From Zygnema circumcarinatum SAG 698-1b (taxonomy: Eukaryota; Plantae; Zygnematophyceae), in contig CM074804.1 of NCBI GenBank assembly GCA_037447605.1, positions 1,984,001 to 2,048,000 of the forward strand: 64,000 bases of DNA, read 5' to 3'. The notes beneath the pieces were generated by a model. That model worked only from the letters and a program-made list of their open reading frames with translations. It searched no databases and was not told the DNA's origin. Position 1 is the stretch's first letter. Each line of letters opens with the position of its first letter. Both the position numbers and the translations under genes were made by a program. This document shows, in pieces, positions 37,412 to 47,154 of the stretch.

Positions 37412-37894
37412 CAGTGGGGGGTCCTCGTATTTACCACCCTAAGGAGTGCGTCCTCAATATTTTCGCCCCGATTTTGCTGAAACCACCTTTTTGTACAGTA
37501 ACTTGTGTTAGCCGTACTATTCGTACTATTCGTACTGTCCGTGCTTGCCGTACTTGCCGTACTATCTGTACTAGCCGTTACGGGCTTGCGCAAAACTCAC
37601 CTAATCTCCCCGCTCGTGCCGCCGTAAGAGGCGCTCGCTCTTCTCCCCGTCTTCTTGACTTCGATACGATACAATACGATACGATACGGTGAATACGATA
37701 CAAAACTCCCCGATACGGTACTATCCGTACTATCCATACGAGCTGTAGTAGCCGATACAGTACGATATGGTACGGTACGGTACGTACGGCCCAACATGAA
37801 CTCTAACATAATACCGAACCTTATATATGCAAAATTAATATTTTCGCCTCATATTGGCCGGAACCAGGGTGGAAAATATGAGGACCCCCTACTG
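37412..37894. mobile_element. Complete Tc1/mariner-type MITE (483 bp)
   Basis: 29-bp TIRs CAGTGGGGGGTCCTCGTATTTACCACCCT / AGGGTGGAAAATATGAGGACCCCCTACTG (3 mismatches), flanked by a TA target duplication (37410-37411, 37895-37896). Non-coding, with internal TAGCCGTAC and GATAC repeats. Confidence 0.92.
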
Positions 37895-37989
37895 TACTTT
37901 GAGCTAAATTAATTGCGTTGCCGTAGGCAAAAGCTTTGTCATCGTTTTGATCCGTACGACGGGTTCGATTATGTTGTGAAAGATTAATT

Positions 37990-38738
37990 TAATGAAAATG
38001 GGGTATAGTTGCCGCGAGTCTGACGTTGCCACGTCGCGCGTCCTGATTGGTTGTGCGTTTCATTGGATCGAATGCGCAGAAAATGGGGTATATTGCGTAC
38101 TTATTCTGTCATTGCCACGTGTCGTTTTCTATGTATGACGGCGTTTGATTTTGATGTTTTATGTGGTGTACGGATTCGGTTAGTTTGTGAATGATGAATT
38201 TAATGAAAATGGGGTATAGTTGCCGCGAGCTTGACGTTGCCACGTTTGCGCGTCCTGATTGGTTGTTCGTTTCGTCGGATCAAATGCTTATCCAGTCAGG
38301 TGTTGCCACGTAGCCCTAAAATCGAAAAAAAAACCAAAAAAAAACCACACACAAACTGCGAAGACAGAATGAGGCCCGCGAGTCTGACGTTGCCACGTTG
38401 CGCGTCCTGATTGGTTGTGCATTTCATTGGATCGAATGCGCAGAAAATGGGGTATATTGCGTACTTATTCTGTCATTGCCACGTGTCGTTTTCTATGTAC
38501 GACGGCGTTTGATTTTGATGTTTTATGTGGTGTACGGATTCGGTTAGTTTGTGAATGATGAATTTAATGAAAATGGGGTATAGTTGCCGCGAATCTGACG
38601 TTGCCACGTCGCGCGTCCTGATTGGTTGTGCGTTTCGTCGGATCAAATGCTTATCCAGTCAGGTGTTGCCACGTAGCCCTAAAATGGGAAAAAAACCAAA
38701 AAAAAACCACACACAAACTGCGAAGACAGAATGAGGCC
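37990..38738. repeat. Hierarchical tandem repeat (~209-bp subunit within a ~364-bp duplication)
   Basis: AAAATGGGGTATAGTTGCCGCGA recurs at ~37995, ~38206 and ~38570; 38013-38376 is duplicated at 38377-38738. A diverged copy lies at ~55445-55700. Confidence 0.88.
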
Positions 38739-41190
38739 TCATTCTGTCGTCGCAGTTTGTGTGTGGTTTAAAAAAAAAAAACATAATCAATCTAAATATT
38801 ACAACATGAGGCCTCATGTTGTATTAATTAGTTTGATTTTTTTTTTTTTTGTTTGTAAAAGTCACACACGCAAATACACACACACACACAAACACAGTCA
38901 CAGGGAAAAAAAAAAGAAAAAAACAATCTTAATATTACAACATTTGGCCTGATGTTGTAATATTGAGAGTGTTCTTTTTTTTTTTTTTTGTTTGTAAAAG
39001 TCACACACGCAAATACACACACACACAAACACAGTCACAGGGAAAAAAAAAAAGAAAAAAACAACCTTAATATTACAACATTTGGCCAAATGTTGTAATA
39101 TTGAGAACACAGTGTTCTTTTTTTTTTTTTTTGTTTGTAAAAGTCACACACGCAAATACACACACACACATACACAGTCACAGGGAAAAAAAAAAAAAAA
39201 CAATCTTAATATTATAACATTTGGCCTGATGTTGTAATATTGAGAGTGTTTTTTTTTTTTTGTTTGTTTAAAAAAAATCAAAAAAAAAAAAACAAAAAAA
39301 ACACAGACACACAAACGCACACTGTAGCGAAACGCTACAGCCACCGTGGCGCTCAGCGCACCACGGAGATCTCCGTACAACGTACCGTACTGAAAAAAAA
39401 ACTAAATATTACAACATTAGGCCTCATGTTGTATTAATTAGTGTGTTTTTTTTTCTTTTTTTTTGTGAAAGTCACACACGCAAATACACACACACACAAA
39501 CACAATCACAGGAAAAAAAAAAAAAAAAAACAAAAAACAAAAAAAAACATAATCATTCTAAATATTACAACATGAGGCCCCATGTTGTATTAATTAGTTT
39601 GATTCATTTTTTTTTTTTTTTGTTTGGAAAAATCACACACGCAAATATACACATTAACAAACACAGTCACTGTGAAAAGAAAAAAAAGAAAAAAAAACCA
39701 GCTAAATATTACAACATTAGGCCTCATGTTGTATTAATTAGTGTGTTTTTTTTCTTTTTTTTTTGTGAAAGTCACAAACGCAAATATACACACACACAAA
39801 CACAATCACAGGAAAAAAAAAAAAAAAACAAAAAACAAAAAAAAACATAATCATTCTAAATATTACAACATGAGGCCCCATGTTGTATTTGTTAGTGTTA
39901 GGCTAGTTAAGAACTTGTAATACACTAAGTTATTTGGTACTAAGTTCTAGAGGTGTGCTCATAGTCCGAATTGCATGAAGGACCGCCTAAGCGACCGTAC
40001 AAGTAATCAGGGGTGTGCGCGTAGCGCGCGCACAAAGATCTGGCCGAAATACAGGTGTACGGAGCGGCGCGCGGGTGTACGGCCATCAGAGCGCAGATTG
40101 GTCAACGCGCGAGTGCGGAGTACGGAGCGCGAGGCGGCGGAGTGCGCCGTGAGTGCGCGGACTGACAAACGGCGCTGATTGGTCGTAGCGCTGACGCGCG
40201 GACGCGGAGTACGGACGCGCGACTTCTGATTGGTCGCGGCGCGATCGCGAGGACGCGGAGCGCAAGTCGGTGGCGCGAAGCGGCGAAGGAAAGTTGGCGA
40301 TGAATCGAGCAGCGCCACGTGGGCCACTCAGTTAGTGGGCCCGTTGGTTCGAGCGTACGGCAAAAGAGTCGGCGGCCGGAAAATGTCAAAGGGGACCTGA
40401 CGAGCAGAGGATCTGTACGGCAGAGCAATCCGTTGGTCGGTGTCTCGTAGGTTTACGAGACCACCTTCGTAGGTCCTAGTTTGGTCTTGCCGCTTTGCCG
40501 AATGCAAGGGCTAGCAATGGTGAGCGTGACGTGACATCTAGTGTCACGTCACACGGCCATGGTAGTATATTATGGAGGTCTGTTTTGTAGGTGTTAACCT
40601 TCTCGTGACTCACATTGGGGACGTGAGGCTATCTTGCTTTGGGCCTGGAAGATAGTGGGAAGAGTTCAGCTTGTAGTGGGGTGGTGTATTCACATAGCTT
40701 GAGTTTAGGTGCTTGAAGCTTGGCTCTAGAGTTGTCAAGTTGTATTCATCTTTAACTTAAGGAGTTTTAGGCTGGAGGCTTTCTCCTTACATCTTCTTCA
40801 TTCCGCTGATCTGTTCTATTGCATTCAGTATTGTTGTGTGTCCACATCCTTGAAGAGTGTGATTGAACAAGTCATTGAAGATGTCGAGTTCTACCGAGGG
40901 TAGAGGAGAAGTGGCAGCACCTCGCACGGAGGCCGCTGCATCAACAGTATTAATTAGTTTGATTCATTTTTTTTTTTTTTTGTTTGGAAAAATCACACAC
41001 ACAAATATACACATTAACAAACACAGTCACTGTGAAAAGAAAAAAAAGAAAAAAACCAGCTAAATATTACAACATTAGGCCTCATGTTGTATTAATTAGT
41101 GTGTTTTTTTTCTTTTTTTTTTGTGAAAGTCACACGCGCAAATACACACACACACAAACACAATCACAGGCTAAAAAAAAAAAAAACAGG
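38704..41190. repeat. AT/CA-rich satellite of ~120-150-bp units, each with a GGCC-centred palindrome (interrupted by a solo LTR)
   Basis: Units consist of AAGTCACACACGCAAATACACACACAC.., a poly-A tract and AATATTACAACAT-[GA/TT/TA]-GGCC-..ATGTTGTA. Perfect palindromes at 38800-38823 and 39069-39102, and a 66-bp hairpin with one mismatch at 38704-38769. Confidence 0.88.
39890..40946 (+). mobile_element. Solo LTR of a Ty1/copia family (1057 bp)
   Basis: TGTTAGTG...CAACA termini with perfect 5-bp TSD GTATT (39885-39889, 40947-40951). Homologous to the LTRs at 42668 and 45334. Confidence 0.93.
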
Positions 41191-43482
41191 CTGCTGAATG
41201 AAGTGAAGAATGTTAGTGTAAAGTAGTTAGGGACTTGTTGTACACTAAGTTGTTGGTACTAAGTTCTAAGGAGGGGTGTGCTCAAAAGTGTCCACATTGT
41301 ACGGAGGGGCGTCTAGGCGACCGTACAAGTCTTTAAGGGGTGTGCGTATAGCGCGCAGAGTCTGATTTGGCAAAGCAAGGCATCAGAATGTCGGTGCAGC
41401 AAATCAGTGGTACGATTTGTAAGGCCAGGACCTTGGGTGTACGGACATTGGTCGGTGGCGCGGCGCGGCGTGGCGGAGTCAGATGTGACGTGGCACGACG
41501 CGACAAATCGGGACGTGACGAGGCGCGAATCAGCGCGCGGAGCAGAACTGACGAGGTACAGAGTCAGCAATGTCTCATTTGGAGGACAGTGGCGAATTGA
41601 AAGGCGCCACGTGTCGGGTTAAAGGGAAGGCCTGTACGGCCTAGGTCGGTGGCGCTCGTAGGCTTACAGGGTCCCACATGACGCCAAGTAATGAGGAGTC
41701 AGATCCTACGGTGGAGGACTCGGATGGAGATAAGGCTGAGGCGGATCTGACGGCATTGATGTGCTGGATCCGTGCAAGCTGAGGAGGATCCAACGGCGCG
41801 AGATTAGGATCGGGATAAGGGTCTTGCAAGGCGTAGCATGTGCGGCCGTGACGTGACAATGTCACTAATGGCGCCATATTGTATTTAAGGGTTAGATTGT
41901 ATGGTAGAAGTTAACCTTCTCGTGACTCACATTGGGAGTGAGGCTATCTTGCTTAGGGCCAAGGAGATAGTGGGAAGAGTTCAGCTTGTAGTGGGTGGTT
42001 TATTCACGTAGCTTGAGAGGAGGTGNNNNNNNNNNTGTTTTGTAGGTGTTAACCTTCTCGTGACTCACATTGGGGACGTGAGGCTATCTTGCTTTGGGCC
42101 TGGAAGATAGTGGGAAGAGTTCAGCTTGTAGTGGGGTGGTGTATTCACATAGCTTGAGTTTAGGTGCTTGAAGCTTGGCTCTAGAGTTGTCAAGTTGTAT
42201 TCATCTTTAACTTAAGGAGTTTTAGGCTGGAGGCTTTCTCCTTACATCTTCTTCATTCCGCTGATCTGTTCTATTGCATTCAGTATTGTTGTGTGTCCAC
42301 ATCCTTGAAGAGTGTGATTGAACAAGTCATTGAAGATGTCGAGTTCTACCGAGGGTAGAGGAGAAGTGGCAGCACCTCGCACGGAGGCCGCTGCATCAAC
42401 AGTATTAATTAGTTTGATTCATTTTTTTTTTTTTTTGTTTGGAAAAATCACACACACAAATATACACATTAACAAACACAGTCACTGTGAAAAGAAAAAA
42501 AAGAAAAAAAAACCAGCTAAATATTACAACATTAGGCCTCATGTTGTATTAATTAGTGTGTTTTTTTTCTTTTTTTTTTGTGAAAGTCACACGCGCAAAT
42601 ACACACACACACAAACACAATCACAGGCTAAAAAAAAAAAAAACAGGCTGCTGAATGAAGTGAAGAATGTTAGTGTAAAGTAGTTAGGGACTTGTTGTAC
42701 ACTAAGTTGTTGGTACTAAGTTCTAAGGAGGGGTGTGCTCAAAAGTGTCCACATTGTACGGAGGGGCGTCTAGGCGACCGTACAAGTCTTTAAGGGGTGT
42801 GCGTATAGCGCGCAGAGTCTGATTTGGCAAAGCAAGGCATCAGAATGTCGGTGCAGCAAATCAGTGGTACGATTTGTAAGGCCAGGACCTTGGGTGTACG
42901 GACATTGGTCGGTGGCGCGGCGCGGCGTGGCGGAGTCAGATGTGACGTGGCACGACGCGACAAATCGGGACGTGACGAGGCGCGAATCAGCGCGCGGAGC
43001 AGAACTGACGAGGTACAGAGTCAGCAATGTCTCATTTGGAGGACAGTGGCGAATTGAAAGGCGCCACGTGTCGGGTTAAAGGGAAGGCCTGTACGGCCTA
43101 GGTCGGTGGCGCTCGTAGGCTTACAGGGTCCCACATGACGCCAAGTAATGAGGAGTCAGATCCTACGGTGGAGGACTCGGATGGAGATAAGGCTGAGGCG
43201 GATCTGACGGCATTGATGTGCTGGATCCGTGCAAGCTGAGGAGGATCCAACGGCGCGAGATTAGGATCGGGATAAGGGTCTTGCAAGGCGTAGCATGTGC
43301 GGCCGTGACGTGACAATGTCACTAATGGCGCCATATTGTATTTAAGGGTTAGATTGTATGGTAGAAGTTAACCTTCTCGTGACTCACATTGGGAGTGAGG
43401 CTATCTTGCTTAGGGCCAAGGAGATAGTGGGAAGAGTTCAGCTTGTAGTGGGTGGTTTATTCACGTAGCTTGAGAGGAGGTG
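40581..43482. other. ~1.45-kb direct duplication across a 10-N gap; probable assembly artefact
   Basis: 40581-42025 is repeated at 42036-43482, differing as far as I can see only in homopolymer length. The junction is exactly the gap at 42026-42035. Confidence 0.8.
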
Positions 43483-46365
43483 CTTGAAGCTTGGCTCTAG
43501 TGTTGTCAAGTTGTATTTCATCTTTATCTTAAGGAGTTTTAGGCTGGTGGCTTTCTCCTTACATTTTCATATTTCCGCTGAGTTGTTCTCTTGCATTNNN
43601 NNNNNNNAGAGGAGAAGTGGCAGCCCCACGCATGGAGGGCTCTGCAACAACAAGTGGTATCAGAGCCGAAGGCGAAGAAGACGTGAAGTTTACCATTCCA
43701 ACTTTCGATGGGAAGAACTACAAGCGGTGGAAGTTTCGCATGCTCACAGTGCTGGAGAACAAGCGGCTGTTGGGGTATGTGAATGGCTCCATTGTGGCCC
43801 CCGATTCAGAGATTAATCCACTTGAGTTTGAGAAGTGGAGGGTTAAGGATTGCAAGGTTAGGACCCTGCTTTGTGCTGGCGTTAGGTGAGGAACCTAAGA
43901 AACCTGATTTCAGAGTTAAAGACAGCTCGGGAGATGTGGGATACTCTAGAGAAGATTTATGATGTGGTAGATAATGCCACTGTAGTTTATCTCTACACGG
44001 AGCTAGGAAAACTCAGTTTGGATTCAGGGGAGGAGCTGAAAGACTATGTGATCAAGTTTGATAATCTGATGCAAAAGTTTGATGGGATGAAGCAGCCCCT
44101 TCACTTGGATCACAAGATTAGTCTATTCCTTGGAGGCTTGCCGGACAGATTTGACCCTGCTTGCACTGCTCTACGAACTCAGCTTTCCACGACTAAGATG
44201 ACCTTTGAGCAGGTCAAGAGGAGAGTGGTAGAGGAGGATGGTCTTCAAGACAAGAAGCAGTACAGGTCAAGTTCGGAGAAACTGTATGCTGCAACTGCTC
44301 GCCCATACAGGAACGGCAAGGGACCAAACGCAGCCAAAGATGGTGGAGAGCTGAAGACTCAGAGGACTTGCTACTCTTGTGGGAAGACCGGTCACTTCAA
44401 GAGGAACTGCCCCAACGTTCAGAATGGCGGTTCATCCTCGAATGCAGATGCTCTAAACGAGCAAGAAGGGAGGAGGGGTGATGGCAGGTATCCCAGAGAT
44501 GAACGCAAGAGGATTCACGAGACGAACTTGATGTTCTCGGATTGGGAACCTAATGATGAGTTTGTCGGATGTCTTAGAGTTGAAAATTCAGCTAAACCTT
44601 GGGTGATTGATTCCGGTGCTTCAAGGCACATGTGCGTGGACGACTCACTCTTTGCAGAGAAGGAGACTTTGGAGGGAACCCGCTCGGTCTACTCAGCAAC
44701 TGGAGAAGGAGTCTCGGTGACGCAAGGCGGAACAGTCAAGTTGGAGGTGCTCGGGGAGGGAAGCACGCAGAGGGTTGTCCATGTTGGTAACGTACTGCAT
44801 ACTCCCGGACTACAGATTAATTTCCTCTCTGTTAGTCAGCTGTGTGAGAAGGACTATGGAGTATGGTTTGAGAAGGGTAGTTGTGAGGTCATTCACAAGG
44901 AGACAGGGCAAGTCTTGTGCAAGGGAATCCAGCAAGGTGGGCTTTACTTTCTAGAGTGGAAGGAGGCTCAAGGGCTGAGCTATCCCGCCAAGGACCCTGT
45001 GGAGGAACCCATTCACCATAAGATAGATCCAGACCAGCTTGGAGGAGGAAAGGGGATGCTAGAGCAAGCATTGAGGCTCAGGGGAGCAGGGGATTATTTC
45101 GCCAACGACATTTCAGATAGCCAGGCTAAGGGGGTTGAAAGACCCATCACCGAAAGGGTGGACATTAGTGGTGGTGAGAATGTGTGCGAATTCCAGGATC
45201 ACTCAGAGTTNNNNNNNNNNGAGGGGGCAGCTTGTTAGGACAAGGGAGCATTCATTTGGTTGTGGGACACTAGAGAATAGTCGTGGTCTCATGGAACTAG
45301 GACCCATGGAGAACTAAGTACCAAGAGGGGGATTGTTAGTGTAAAGTAGTTAGGGACTTGTTGTACACTAAGTTGTTGGTACTAAGTTCTAAGGAGGGGT
45401 GTGCTCAAAAGTGTCCACATTGTACGGAGGGGCGTCTAGGCGACCGTACAAGTCTTTAAGGGGTGTGCGTATAGCGCGCAGAGTCTGATTTGGCAAAGCA
45501 AGGCATCAGAATGTCGGTGCAGCAAATCAGTGGTACGATTTGTAAGGCCAGGACCTTGGGTGTACGGACATTGGTCGGTGGCGCGGCGCGGCGTGGCGGA
45601 GTCAGATGTGACGTGGCACGACGCGACAAATCGGGACGTGACGAGGCGCGAATCAGCGCGCGGAGCAGAACTGACGAGGTACAGAGTCAGCAATGTCTCA
45701 TTTGGAGGACAGTGGCGAATTGAAAGGCGCCACGTGTCGGGTTAAAGGGAAGGCCTGTACGGCCTAGGTCGGTGGCGCTCGTAGGCTTACAGGGTCCCAC
45801 ATGACGCCAAGTAATGAGGAGTCAGATCCTACGGTGGAGGACTCGGATGGAGATAAGGCTGAGGCGGATCTGACGGCATTGATGTGCTGGATCCGTGCAA
45901 GCTGAGGAGGATCCAACGGCGCGAGATTAGGATCGGGATAAGGGTCTTGCAAGGCGTAGCATGTGCGGCCGTGACGTGACAATGTCACTAATGGCTTCAT
46001 ATTGTATTTAAGGGTTAGATTGTATGGTAGAAGTGCTAACCTTCTGTGACTCACATTGGGAGTGAGGCTATCTTGCTGAAAACAAGGAGATAGTGGGAAG
46101 AGTTCAGCTTGTAGTGGGTGGTTTATTCACGTAGCTTGAGAGGAGGTGCTTGAAGCTTGGCGTTAGTGTTGTCAAGTTGTATTCCAACTTTATCTTAAGG
46201 AGTTTTAGGCTGGTGGCTTTCTCCTTTCATTTTCAATTTTTACGCTGAGTTTTTCTCTTGCATTTAGTGTGCTTTGTGTGATTGAGCAATTCATTGAAGA
46301 TGTCGAGTTCTACCGAGGGTAGAGGAGAAGCGGCAGCACCACGCAAGGAGGGCGCTGCAACAACA
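42668..46365 (+). mobile_element. Ty1/copia LTR retrotransposon (gag-protease visible; INT/RT/RH not seen)
   Basis: 5' LTR 42668-43652 and PBS TGGTATCAGAGCC (tRNA-iMet type, 43655-43667). Gag FDGKNYKRWKFRM has a frameshift at ~43886, then zinc knuckle CYSCGKTGHFKRNC and protease WVIDSGASRHMC. PPT AAGAGGGGGAT precedes the 3' LTR 45334-46365. TSD AAGAA on both sides; gaps at 43598 and 45211. Confidence 0.95.
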
Positions 46366-47154
46366 AAGAATGGGAATGTAAAGTACAAACCTTTTTTGAT
46401 TAGGATCATATATTGAGCGTTTTTTAGATCTTCAGAACATCATTATCTCGGGACGGGTCCTTAAAATCCCGATCCAGATTGTTCGATATATAGAACACAT
46501 GGTGAGAGTGTAAGTCACGAACCTTTTTTTATTATAATCATATAATTCTGACTTTTTTTGATCTTTGCGAAAATCATCATCTCCAGGACCGAGTCCTTCC
46601 GAAATCAATCCAAGGTTATTTGCTAAACAATACTTGAAAGTAAGCGTAAGAACGAACCTTATTCGATGATTTCCATATTTTCCAGAATTTCCATAATTTT
46701 CATAATGCATTTGACAAGTCTTTAAAGTCCGCAGGATCGGGCGGATCGCCGACAATTTAAATACACTCTATATGACCAGTCTTTAAAGTCCAAAGGGCGA
46801 CTGGCCGCATGCATCGGCTGTAAAAGTGACTCGATGTATCGACTCGGGCTGCATCGCATCGGCTGCATCGGCTGCATTGCATTTCCGCTGCATTGTGACA
46901 TGTGACTGGCCGACAGACAGACTCACAGACTGGCCGACAGACTGACTGACCGACTGACTGACTTGTTAGTTAGTAGCCTCCATCCTTCTTCAACACCCTC
47001 TTCAACTTCTTCCTTCGCCCTTCCACCATTCTCCCTCTCACCTCTCTCCATGTTCCTTCCTCCGCCTTCCTCCTCAACACCCTCCTTCCTCCTCCTCCTT
47101 CCTCAACACCCTCTCCTTTTTCTTCCTTCGCCCTTCCACCATTCTCCCTTTCAC

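Noticed and set aside
41313-46054. Thrice-repeated short ORFs (MLTLYLVSS..., MAKQGIRMS..., MVRFVRPGP...)
   Set aside because: They lie in the GC-rich U3 of repeated LTR copies, one of which is an assembly duplicate. No evidence of coding conservation.
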